The position numbers and the translations under genes are program-made. Positions 26,967 to 35,873 of a stretch of 64,000 nucleotides of DNA are shown here, piece by piece. Source of the DNA: Bacteroidaceae bacterium (GTDB lineage: Bacteria; Bacteroidota; Bacteroidia; Bacteroidales; Bacteroidaceae); contig JAFUWG010000053.1 of assembly GCA_017483605.1 (NCBI GenBank), positions 1,986-65,985 of the forward strand, in the 5' to 3' direction. The notes below the pieces were generated by a model. It had not been told where the DNA came from, made no database searches, and saw nothing but the letters and a program-made list of their open reading frames with translations. Within the stretch, counting starts at the first letter, position 1; every line of letters begins with the position of its first letter.

Positions 26967-27956
26967 TTAAAAGAGCGAATTTTTATTATATGTCTGAGGC
27001 TTTATACTTTCGATAGAAGGATCAATAGTGTGCTTGATAGGAATAAATCGTCTTGGTGCTGAATCATCTTCAAAATCAATATATCCGCCAGACACAGAAC
27101 CAGACAGTTTTCCGTCCGCGTCTATTCCCCAGAAAAACATCTGCAGGTATCTATCATCTAAACTAAAACGAAGTTTTGTAACTGACGTGTCTTGCGATTT
27201 AGCACCATCCAAATATTCTCTACAATCTGACGTGAAATTTTGGCTCGTCCAACTATAAATAACCTTGTCCAATTTTTCATTTATCTTAGTCGTATGAGAA
27301 CTTGGATTCAAACTAATTTCTTTATTCAGATACCAATAGGTGTAATACCCGTTCAAAAGAACACTTGACATTTGGGTTCCTGCACCTAACCAAACATAAT
27401 ATTTGGAACAATATCCGTTATCTCCTTTTCGGGCCGATACCGTATAATAATATGTACCATTAGCATCTTGTTCTATATCTGCTCCGTCATAATTGACTTC
27501 TGGTTGATTCACATCGGCTTGAGTTGTAACATCATACTTTACAACATCTCCCAGGCTTCCATCCTTTTTGTAACTGACTGTTACAACTGTCCATGTGGTA
27601 TTAGGAGACATATCCGTAAATGCTGCCGGATATTCGGCATCAGCCGCAGCCGTTCTTTCCCAAAGATCGCCTTCGCCTTGTACGGACTGAATGATTTCCG
27701 CGTCTGTTCTTACAGCCATTGACGACTTCAAGAATGCACGACAATAAAAGAATTGCACATTAGGGTCACACTGGAAATTCATAACAACCCCATGCACAAA
27801 TGTTAACACACTTGTTGGTGTTGTTGAGCAGGACACTGGTATTGGGTTTGGCTCTGGAACGGGGTCATCATCGTCATCGCCTCCACAGGATGCAAATCCT
27901 GCACTCAGAAGCACAACCATCATTGCTGCAAAGGAACTCCATAAATACTTTTTCAT
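26967..27956 (-). CDS. lipoprotein (hypothetical)
   Basis: Track ORF extends to 28064. Plausible start MKKYLWSSFAAMMVVLLSAGFASC (lipobox) at 27956, then a poly-Asp linker (GGDDDDDP). Confidence 0.6.
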   Translation of the reverse strand: MKKYLWSSFAAMMVVLLSAGFASCGGDDDDDPVPEPNPIPVSCSTTPTSVLTFVHGVVMNFQCDPNVQFFYCRAFLKSSMAVRTDAEIIQSVQGEGDLWERTAAADAEYPAAFTDMSPNTTWTVVTVSYKKDGSLGDVVKYDVTTQADVNQPEVNYDGADIEQDANGTYYYTVSARKGDNGYCSKYYVWLGAGTQMSSVLLNGYYTYWYLNKEISLNPSSHTTKINEKLDKVIYSWTSQNFTSDCREYLDGAKSQDTSVTKLRFSLDDRYLQMFFWGIDADGKLSGSVSGGYIDFEDDSAPRRFIPIKHTIDPSIESIKPQTYNKNSLF

Positions 27957-28415
27957 GTTGTTTGGGTTTTGTTTTGTGCTTCCTGAGTTCCCGAATTCAG
28001 CGTGAATAATTTGTTTTGTGCTTGGAAACAAAAAAGGCATGGGAACTTCAACTTCTGTGCCCATCCCTGTGTTCAGGCCTTCGCATTGCCCCTATATCAA
28101 GGATAAGCAACGCTAGCCAGCCCACGCCAAGTGATTATATACAGACTGCATTCCTACACACATATTTAGTATATAAGAAATGCAGGGATATAATTCACCC
28201 GCATAGGCGTTTCGTTGCATTACCTCTGTGATATAGTGTCAAAGTTGCGAAGTTTGAACACACAGAACAGTAACTTCCGTAAACGCCTTCCCGAAACCGT
28301 CCTTACAAATGGTGTTCTCGGTCTCGTTCCATCGATGTAGTTTCGACTCCGCCCGGTCTTGCCGTACTCTCGTCTTTTGACAGACATGATGACAATGGAC
28401 TGGCTTAGTCGGTTG

Positions 28416-28423
28416 CAAATATA
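28416..28423 (-). promoter_or_regulatory. -7 promoter box TATATTTG at the head of a ~460-nt ORF-poor leader
   Basis: TAnnTTTG match. The only clear promoter-like box between 27956 and 28680 on the minus strand. Confidence 0.4.
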
Positions 28424-28677
28424 AATGTTTTTTTTCGATTCGACAAAAAAATGTGAAAAAAAGTTGGTTTGAGTTTAAAAAAAGAAAAAGTTAAGCGTTT
28501 CCATGCCTTATTCCACTCTCAACATCTGCTAAAATCAACATAAACGGAAACCTATATTAACAAAAAAGGAATTCCTGTGAATACGCTCATGAGAGTCCGT
28601 CTTCTCACTCTTTGAAAAATCTGCTTAGATTTTCTACTTGGCTTTTTTTACCACAAAAGACAACTGCAGGAAGCATC

Positions 28678-28750
28678 AAAAGTGGTCTGAGTCAGACCGC
28701 CTCGGTGGTGTGACTCAGACCACCCCGGCGGTGTGAGTCACACCACTTTT
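28678..28750. repeat. triple-palindrome REP-like element, copy 1
   Basis: AAAAGT, then GGTCTGAGTCAGACC (28684-28698), 8-nt spacer, GGTGTGACTCAGACC (28707-28721), 8-nt spacer, GGTGTGAGTCACACC (28730-28744), then ACTTTT. Period is 23 bp. The whole element is near-palindromic. Confidence 0.85.
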
Positions 28751-28936
28751 CCCCCGATGTCCGTTCGGCTTGCAGGGCTTCTTCGTTCCTAAAAGCCCTG
28801 CGAGCCTACTCCCATCCCCCGCCAGCAAGAAAAGCATACTTAATTCTTTTCTTGCGTGGCGTCCTATCACAAGGTATCGAAAAGGACATCACCCAATAAT
28901 GGCTGCGGTGTGTTTGGTAGTTTGCGAGAAAAATAT

Positions 28937-28944
28937 TACCTTTG
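28937..28944 (+). promoter_or_regulatory. -7 promoter box TACCTTTG (PafA-like phosphatase)
   Basis: TAnnTTTG match about 19 nt upstream of ATG 28964. TTTG words 20-30 nt further upstream. Confidence 0.5.
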
Positions 28945-28963
28945 CCCCAAAATTGCTGATACA

Positions 28964-30667
28964 ATGAAAAAGATTCTTGTTTTATTGGTTTTGTGTGCAG
29001 GCTTTCTGAGTGCCGCGGCTCAGAAAGAGTTGCAGGGACGCCCCAAACTGGTGGTGGGCATCATGGTGGATCAGATGCGATGGGACTACCTCGTCCGCTA
29101 CAATGAACGTTACTGCGAGGGCGGTTTCAAGCGGATGATGTCGGAGGGTTACAACTGCAACCGTCTGCTTATCAACTACATCCCTACGGTGACGGCGGTG
29201 GGGCACACGGCTGTCTATACAGGCACAGTGCCTGCCTTCAACGGCATCATTGCCAACAGCATGTACTTCGACGGGCAGTGGGCAACGCCTGTGAGGGACT
29301 GGACGGTAAAGGGTGTAGGGACGGAACGTGCCGAGGGGCAGGCTTCGCCGCATCGGTTGCTCTGCACGACGATGGGTGACGAGTTGCGGCTGGCGACGAA
29401 TTTTCGCTCGAAGGTGGTGAGCGTGAGCATCAAGGACAGGGCTGCCGTGCTGCCGGGTGGGCACTGTGCAAATGCGGCTTACTGGATGGACAGCGAGAGC
29501 ATGGACTGGATTTCGTCCACCTACTACATGAAGGAGTTGCCGAAGTGGGTGAAGGACTTCAATGCCAAGAAGTTAGGACAGACGTATCTGGACAAGACAA
29601 CGAAGAACAAGAAGGACAAGCAGCACTTCTGGGACTTGATGTATGATGCCGAGACCTACGAGCAGTCGGGGGGACTGGACGAGCCTTACTATGACCAGCG
29701 AACGGGCAAGATTCTGAAATATTCGCCTTACGGCAACTCCTACACCGCCGACATGGCGATTGCCGCCATCGAGGGGGAGCAGTTGGGGAGTAACCCGAAG
29801 GGGGTGACGGATTTTCTGGCGGTGAGTTTCTCGACGACCGACATGATTGGGCACAAGGTGGGACCGAATGCTCCGTGGGTGGAAGACACTTATCTGCACC
29901 TCGACCAAGACCTGAAGCGTCTGTTTGATGCACTGGACAGGCTGGTGGGCAAGGGCGAATGGGTGGCTTTTTTGAGTGCCGACCATGCTGGCAGCCACAA
30001 TGTGCAGTTCCGCAGAGAGCATGGCATCCCTGCCTCGACATGGCCTTACTACAAGGTGCTGAGAGCACTGAACGAGACGCTGACGAAGGAGTTCGGATTG
30101 AGCACAGACGACCCGAAGATGAAACTGAAAATCAACACAGTGGAGTATGATGCCGTGAAGGTGATACACTCGCTGGAGTGTGAACAGGTTTTCTTCAACG
30201 ACACGGTGATTGCGAAGGTGTGCAAGGATGGCAACCCGAAGGCTTTGAAGCAAAAGATGAAGGAACGCACGATTGAACTGCTGGAGGAGATGAAGGAGGT
30301 GGCGTATGCCTTCGATGTGAAGAAAATTCCCGACCATGTGCCAGAGCCTGTGCGGACAATGGTCGTCAATGGTTACAATCCGAAACGAAGCGGCGACATT
30401 TCCTTTGTGCTGGAGGGGAATGTGACGGAAGACTTCGACGATGGCTATCTGCCGAAGTACAATGGCGTTCCACTCGGAACGAACCACTCGGTGTGGAGTC
30501 CCTACGATGCCCACATCCCTTTCATCGTGATGGGCAAGGGCGTTCGTCACGCTTGGGACAACAACACTTATCATGTGGTGGATATTGCACCCACCATCTG
30601 TGCGTTGCTCAACATTCAGCAACCCAGCAGTTGTGTGGGCAATGCTATAGACATTTCAATCCCTTGA
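28964..30667 (+). CDS. PafA-like alkaline phosphatase (AlkP superfamily)
   Basis: Start MKKILVLLVLCAGFLSAAAQ at 28964, after the -7 box at 28937. PKLVVGIMVDQMRWDYLVRY and TVTAVGHTAVYTG (nucleophile region) resemble PafA-type phosphatases. Confidence 0.8.
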   Translation: MKKILVLLVLCAGFLSAAAQKELQGRPKLVVGIMVDQMRWDYLVRYNERYCEGGFKRMMSEGYNCNRLLINYIPTVTAVGHTAVYTGTVPAFNGIIANSMYFDGQWATPVRDWTVKGVGTERAEGQASPHRLLCTTMGDELRLATNFRSKVVSVSIKDRAAVLPGGHCANAAYWMDSESMDWISSTYYMKELPKWVKDFNAKKLGQTYLDKTTKNKKDKQHFWDLMYDAETYEQSGGLDEPYYDQRTGKILKYSPYGNSYTADMAIAAIEGEQLGSNPKGVTDFLAVSFSTTDMIGHKVGPNAPWVEDTYLHLDQDLKRLFDALDRLVGKGEWVAFLSADHAGSHNVQFRREHGIPASTWPYYKVLRALNETLTKEFGLSTDDPKMKLKINTVEYDAVKVIHSLECEQVFFNDTVIAKVCKDGNPKALKQKMKERTIELLEEMKEVAYAFDVKKIPDHVPEPVRTMVVNGYNPKRSGDISFVLEGNVTEDFDDGYLPKYNGVPLGTNHSVWSPYDAHIPFIVMGKGVRHAWDNNTYHVVDIAPTICALLNIQQPSSCVGNAIDISIP

Positions 30668-31355
30668 AGACCAGGTAAGGGTCGTATGTGACTTGGCAGG
30701 TGATGTCATCTGCCAAGTCTATTTTGTTTCCCCCTGTGATGAAGACATGCAGGTCGGGGTGGTCTTTCAGCAAATGACGCACATAACCCTCTATCTCGAA
30801 ACGGGCTCCATTGACTGCCGCCGAGAGCATGGCGGTGCGAGTGTCATACCCTAAGACGATGGCCTCCCTTTCTGCCTGAATCTGAGGCAACAAGGCGGTG
30901 TGTTCGTGCATGGCATTGAGCCGCAGTTGTACCCCTGGCGAGATGGCTCCCCCAAGAATCTCGCCACTGGAAGAAATCACATCGTAGGTGATGCAGGTGC
31001 CTGCATCGACAATGAGGAGGGTGTGCTCGGCATCTTCCGACATCGCCCCGATGTCTGCCGCCCATCGGTCAACCCCCAATCCTTTGGGGACATTGGGAAC
31101 AGGCTTAATGGGGCATGGCACGTCTGAGGTCAGCCACAGGACAGGAAGCCCCAAGGTATCAAGAGCCTCCCGCAAAGCCGCATCTTCGCCTGCCACGGTG
31201 GCGATACGCACGGCATCAATGGAGGCATAGAAGGTGGTCAAACGCTGAAAGGCGTCGCTCCAAGATTCGGAGAGACGCTCAAAGTGGAGAATCTGTTCAT
31301 CTGACGCAACGGCAAGTTTTGCCGATGTGTTTCCGATGTCTATCAATAGTTTCAT
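30645..31355 (-). CDS. coaX: type III pantothenate kinase
   Basis: MKLLIDIGNTSAKLAV N-terminus. GVDRW, IVDAGTCITYD and GGAISPG motifs. Track ORF has a 13-codon upstream extension. Confidence 0.9.
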   Translation of the reverse strand: MKLLIDIGNTSAKLAVASDEQILHFERLSESWSDAFQRLTTFYASIDAVRIATVAGEDAALREALDTLGLPVLWLTSDVPCPIKPVPNVPKGLGVDRWAADIGAMSEDAEHTLLIVDAGTCITYDVISSSGEILGGAISPGVQLRLNAMHEHTALLPQIQAEREAIVLGYDTRTAMLSAAVNGARFEIEGYVRHLLKDHPDLHVFITGGNKIDLADDITCQVTYDPYLVFKGLKCL

Positions 31356-31387
31356 AATCAGATGTTTTGAAGATGAAAGGGGTGGCA

Positions 31388-33352
31388 TTACCAACTGCCA
31401 CCACCACCGCCGCCTCCTCCGCCGCCAGAGAAGCCGCCACCACCGGAGAAACCACCGCCGCCACCGCTACCGCCAGAGGAACTGCTGTCGTGGCTGACGG
31501 TCTTGATGACACTGCTGGTGTTTGAAAGGAGGCTGCTGGTCATGTGGGAGGTGAGTGCATAGCCTGTCAGTGCGTTCGATGACTCGTACCAACTTGGCTG
31601 CTGCACATTGATTTTCTCGAAGAGTTTTGTCCACTTCTTGGTCAAGCCGAACACCATGGCGTATGGCAACACCTTGTAGAAGTATTGGGGGTCTTCAGCC
31701 TGCAATGCCTCCAAACGTGACTGCTCGGCGGTCTTGATGAACTCCTTGAAACCCAGCAAACGCCCCATCATCTGCAAGCGGTAGTCAGTATCGACATTGA
31801 ATCGACCAGACAATTCGCACAGCAGGAAGCACACGACGAAGAGGGCGATAATCACCCATTGGCTCATCGGGGCACCATAGTCGGGAATCCATTCACAATA
31901 GAGCCAGCATATACCAGCCATCGCGAGTGCCTTGACCACAAAGAGCAACCATTTCTTCCATGTGCCACCAAGAATGTCGGTTCTGCTTTGATAGAAACGA
32001 AGCGTCCATCCTATGGCAAATGGAATCGCCCACAGCATGATGGCACAGCCGATTTGTTTCACATCGAAGACTATTTCCACCGAATTGGTGGCAAACACCA
32101 ATGTGCTGAACACCCAAAGGGGCAGATAGAACAAAACCCTCCAATCGATTTTGGTCAACTGAGTCTTCCCTGAGAACTTTTTGCGCATCTGGTTCTTGAT
32201 GCTCTCCACCTTTTGGGGTTTTTCGCCCATATCCTTCAGATTGACAGTCGTTTTTCCTCCAGAGAAGAACAGTTCCATCATGCCCTTCTGGTATTTAGGG
32301 GCATCAGTAGGAAGGTCTTTCAGTTTGGTGAGTTGCAAATCCCGATTGGTACCCAAAATCTTCTTTTCTTCTATCTCTTTGATGCTGATGTAGCCTTGCC
32401 CTGCCAACCACGGAATGAGCGACGCCAAATCTTCATCATCCACGCTGTCGTCAATGATAGTGCCGACCTCACCGCTGCTGATGTCTTCTGGTGGATAGAA
32501 CTCTATCACCTTGGTGGGGCGACCACGTTTGATGGTAAACATCGCATAGATAATCGCCACAATCAGCAGGAGGGTGATGCCGAAAAAGAGGTAATGCCAG
32601 AGATAGTTGACCGCCTCCACATCTTCATAATAATCGGCTGGTAACTTGGCGTAGAGGGTAATGCCCTGATGAGGTTTGAGACCCTCGGCATGACCCGAAA
32701 TCATGTGAGCGTTGGCTTTGAGCACCAGATTCTGCACGGCATTCTCCGTGCTGCCATATTCTCCGCTATAGACTTCCAGACGTTTCAAGATGTCTGATGG
32801 CAAGGGCTTTTCAAACTTCAACGTGAAACTGAACTTGTCGATGTCTTCGTTGAAATCGGTGGCCAAAACGGTGTGGAAGAGATAGTCGAAATCCGGACGA
32901 CGGTCATCACGATAGGTATATTTATAATGTACCGTGTATCGCTGAGCACCTGTCACTTCCCTGTTGGCACTGCCTATCCGAATGACACAGAACCCATCGT
33001 CGCTGTCTTCGGTCGTGTATTCCCAATCTGCCACACGAACATGTCCCACTTTACTCACATAGCGGAACTTTCGCCAGTCTTGCACCACTTGCCCCTCAAC
33101 CACCTTGGGGGTCTGACCTTCATCTCTTGAGACATCATGCTGTAAGGAGAACCTTTTGGGAATGTAGCGATAGATGCCGTGGCGGGGCTCTGTGAAGTAA
33201 ACATCCATCACCTCGGTGACATCCCACACGTTGTCTTTGTGTACGACGGCTACCACCTGGAAATTGGTGTAGTGGTACCCACCCCTGTCAGCCTTCGCCG
33301 TCATTCCGAATGCGAAAAGGAGGGAAAGAAAGAGGATTCGAATGGTTTTCAT
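31388..33352 (-). CDS. DUF2207-type membrane protein with poly-Gly C-terminus
   Basis: Signal peptide MKTIRILFLSLLFAFGMTAKA, a large extracytoplasmic domain, several TM helices, and the tail SSSGGSGGGGGFSGGGGFSGGGGGGGGGGSW. Follows lemA, as is typical of this pair. Confidence 0.7.
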   Translation of the reverse strand: MKTIRILFLSLLFAFGMTAKADRGGYHYTNFQVVAVVHKDNVWDVTEVMDVYFTEPRHGIYRYIPKRFSLQHDVSRDEGQTPKVVEGQVVQDWRKFRYVSKVGHVRVADWEYTTEDSDDGFCVIRIGSANREVTGAQRYTVHYKYTYRDDRRPDFDYLFHTVLATDFNEDIDKFSFTLKFEKPLPSDILKRLEVYSGEYGSTENAVQNLVLKANAHMISGHAEGLKPHQGITLYAKLPADYYEDVEAVNYLWHYLFFGITLLLIVAIIYAMFTIKRGRPTKVIEFYPPEDISSGEVGTIIDDSVDDEDLASLIPWLAGQGYISIKEIEEKKILGTNRDLQLTKLKDLPTDAPKYQKGMMELFFSGGKTTVNLKDMGEKPQKVESIKNQMRKKFSGKTQLTKIDWRVLFYLPLWVFSTLVFATNSVEIVFDVKQIGCAIMLWAIPFAIGWTLRFYQSRTDILGGTWKKWLLFVVKALAMAGICWLYCEWIPDYGAPMSQWVIIALFVVCFLLCELSGRFNVDTDYRLQMMGRLLGFKEFIKTAEQSRLEALQAEDPQYFYKVLPYAMVFGLTKKWTKLFEKINVQQPSWYESSNALTGYALTSHMTSSLLSNTSSVIKTVSHDSSSSGGSGGGGGFSGGGGFSGGGGGGGGGGSW

Positions 33353-33356
33353 AATG

Positions 33357-33908
33357 CTATGAGAATTTGACGTTGACAACTTTACGTTCCTGTTCGCTAT
33401 CCACTGCATACATCGGCAGTGCTTTGAACCCGAAGATGGAAGCCACGAGGTTCCAGGGGAACATCTGACACAGGTTGTTATACCCTCTCACGCTGCCATT
33501 GTAGTAACGACGCGAGAAGGCTATCTCCTCTTCCATCTTCGAGAGACGTTTCTGCAAATCCAAGAAATTTGTGTTCGCTTTCAGGTCTGGATAGGCTTCC
33601 ACCACGACCAAGAGCGACTTCAGTGCATCCCCAATCTTCATCTCGCCATCAATGACACGATTCAGATCTCCGTCCTGCATTCCTCCACGCATCTGTGTCA
33701 CTTTCTGCAAAGTCTCCGTTTCATGCCCCGCATATCCCTTCACTACTTCCACGAGGCTCGGGATGAGGTCGTAACGCTTTTTCAGATAGACATCCATCGT
33801 GGAGAATGCCTCCTTCACCTTGTTGCGAGATTGCACCAACAAGTTATAGGTTATCACAAAGAAGAGGATAACGATAAGTATCAATATTCCAATGATAATA
33901 GGTGTCAT
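33357..33908 (-). CDS. lemA: LemA family protein
   Basis: N-terminal TM (MTPIIIGILILIVILFFVITY), then NLLVQSRNKVKEAFSTMDVYLKKRYDLIPSLVEVVKGYAGHE, the LemA signature. Confidence 0.85.
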   Translation of the reverse strand: MTPIIIGILILIVILFFVITYNLLVQSRNKVKEAFSTMDVYLKKRYDLIPSLVEVVKGYAGHETETLQKVTQMRGGMQDGDLNRVIDGEMKIGDALKSLLVVVEAYPDLKANTNFLDLQKRLSKMEEEIAFSRRYYNGSVRGYNNLCQMFPWNLVASIFGFKALPMYAVDSEQERKVVNVKFS

Positions 33909-33921
33909 AGTCTTGGGGTAT

Positions 33922-35352
33922 TTAAGAGGATAAATCGTTTTCAATGAACTGTATCAATCGCTCCACGGCTTCGGCTTCAGGAATGTTTTTCTCGATGCAC
34001 ACCTTCTGCTTATAGAGCGAGACTTTACCGACGCCGGCACCTACATAGCCATAGTCGGCATCTGCCATTTCGCCGGGGCCATTGACGATGCAGCCCATGA
34101 TGCCAATTTTGAGAGTGGAGAACCGTTTGTCGGTCATGGCACGTTGGCTCACAGCAGCACGAATCTTGGCAATGGTTTCCTCCAAGTTGTAGAGCGTTCG
34201 ACCGCAACCAGGACAACTGATGTATTCCGTCTTTGTGAACTTGATTCGAGCCGCCTGAAGGATTCCATCGGACAAATCGGTAAGAAGATTTTCGGCAAAA
34301 CCATCGTTCTTGATGACCAGTTGATGTGCCAATTGGTCGATGAACAAGGCACCCACCGTCATGGCGGCTTTCAGTTGCAGAGTTTCCCAATCCGTTTCGT
34401 GGAACTCTACCGTCACCGTATCGTTTGCGATTGATGCCTTAGCCACGGCTCGCAATTGGGCACATTCCTCGATGGAATCGACCAATTTCTGTGCAACGGG
34501 TATCTCTCGTTCGGGGGATTCGGAGAGGGAAACGCGGATGGTGTCGCCAATGCCTTCGCAAAGCAAAGCACCAATGCCAACAGCGCTCTTGATGCGTCCG
34601 TCCTCGCCTTCTCCTGCCTCGGTCACACCTAAATGCAGAGGGAAAGCCATACCTTCCTTTTCCATTTCCTTGACTAAAAGGCGAACGGTACGTACCATCA
34701 CCACCGTGTTGCTCGCCTTAATGGAAATGACCACATCGGTAAACTGCTCCCGAACACAGATTCGCAAAAATTCCATGCACGACTCTACCATACCCTCAGG
34801 CGTATCGCCATATCGCGACATGATTCGATCACTCAAAGAGCCATGATTCACGCCAATGCGGATGGCTGTGTGATGCTCCTTGCAGATGTTGAGAAACGGC
34901 ACTAACCGTTCTTCAATTTTCACGATTTCATCGGCATATTCGGCATCTGTGTACTCCAATTTCTTGAAGGTTCTGGCAGGGTCAACATAATTGCCCGGAT
35001 TGATGCGGACTTTTTCGCAGATGGTGGCAGCCGTATCGGCAACGGCTGCATTGAAATGCACGTCGGCAACGAGCGGAACCGTGTAACCCGCCGCACGCAA
35101 TCCGCTTTTGATGTTCGCCATGTTGAGGGCTTCACGCTGTCCCTGCGTGGTGAAACGCACCACCTCACCGCCAGCATCCACAATGCGTTTTGCCTGAGCG
35201 ATGGAACCTTCCGTGTCCATCGTCGATGTGTTTGCCATCGACTGAACACGAATCGGGTATTCGCAGCCCAACATCAAACCGCCAACATTCACGGAGATTG
35301 TTTTTCTTCTCTGATAAGCCATCGGATTCTTTTTATAGGGGTGAACCATCAA
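33922..35352 (-). CDS. ispG: 4-hydroxy-3-methylbut-2-en-1-yl diphosphate synthase
   Basis: 476 aa. IRVQSMANT, VRINPGNY and ISCPGCGRT Fe-S motifs. Contains an inserted middle domain. Confidence 0.9.
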   Translation of the reverse strand: MMVHPYKKNPMAYQRRKTISVNVGGLMLGCEYPIRVQSMANTSTMDTEGSIAQAKRIVDAGGEVVRFTTQGQREALNMANIKSGLRAAGYTVPLVADVHFNAAVADTAATICEKVRINPGNYVDPARTFKKLEYTDAEYADEIVKIEERLVPFLNICKEHHTAIRIGVNHGSLSDRIMSRYGDTPEGMVESCMEFLRICVREQFTDVVISIKASNTVVMVRTVRLLVKEMEKEGMAFPLHLGVTEAGEGEDGRIKSAVGIGALLCEGIGDTIRVSLSESPEREIPVAQKLVDSIEECAQLRAVAKASIANDTVTVEFHETDWETLQLKAAMTVGALFIDQLAHQLVIKNDGFAENLLTDLSDGILQAARIKFTKTEYISCPGCGRTLYNLEETIAKIRAAVSQRAMTDKRFSTLKIGIMGCIVNGPGEMADADYGYVGAGVGKVSLYKQKVCIEKNIPEAEAVERLIQFIENDLSS

Positions 35353-35858
35353 TTACATTTATAGGCGAATTTCACCTCTTTCAGTTCCTCGTTCGCTTTT
35401 TCAATCTTCTTGCGGAGACCGTTCTTGTAAGCAGCAAACTTTTCTGCCAACGCCTCGTCGGACAGAGCGAGCATCTGCACAGCCAAGATTCCCGCATTGA
35501 GGGCACCATTGATGGCAACAGTCGCCACAGGAATGCCTGGAGGCATCTGCAACATCGAATAGACAGCATCAACACCATCCAACACGCTGCCCTTCACAGG
35601 CACGCCAATCACAGGGAGTGTGGTGCTGGCGGCAATGACACCGGGCAAGGCAGCGGCCATTCCCGCACCAGCAATGATGACCTTGATGCCACGAGCCTTC
35701 GCCCCTTTGGCAAACGCTTCCACAGCATCGGGTGTGCGGTGGGCGGAAAGAGCGTTAATTTCGAAAGGAATCTCCATTTCATCGAAGAACTTGGCAGCCT
35801 TTTCCATGACAGGAAGGTCTGACGTGCTGCCCATGATAATTGATACGATTGGTTTCAT
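35349..35858 (-). CDS. purE: 5-(carboxyamino)imidazole ribonucleotide mutase
   Basis: 169 aa. IIMGSTSDLPVM, SAHRTPD and IIAGAGMAAALPGV motifs. Confidence 0.95.
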   Translation of the reverse strand: MKPIVSIIMGSTSDLPVMEKAAKFFDEMEIPFEINALSAHRTPDAVEAFAKGAKARGIKVIIAGAGMAAALPGVIAASTTLPVIGVPVKGSVLDGVDAVYSMLQMPPGIPVATVAINGALNAGILAVQMLALSDEALAEKFAAYKNGLRKKIEKANEELKEVKFAYKCN

Positions 35859-35873
35859 ATTTTCTCGTTTTGA

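Noticed and set aside
28325-28355. tRNA/tmRNA-like T-loop word (GTTTCGACTCCGCC)
   Set aside because: The flanking bases cannot form a T-stem or an acceptor stem on either strand. There is no CCA end and no tmRNA 5' GGGG acceptor.
28220-28387. 55-codon highly basic ORF (MSVKRREYGKTGRSRNYIDG...) in the ORF-free region
   Set aside because: 12 Arg and 4 Lys in 55 residues, Arg-codon-heavy, and no hydrophobic core or known motif. More likely non-coding. It is mentioned under the leader finding so that it can be tested.
28684-28744. Possible miniature CRISPR array (three 15-bp repeats at regular spacing)
   Set aside because: The repeats are only 15 bp and the spacers only 8 bp and similar to each other. 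There are just three units, no cas genes, and the same architecture recurs at 45070. This is a REP-like element, not CRISPR.
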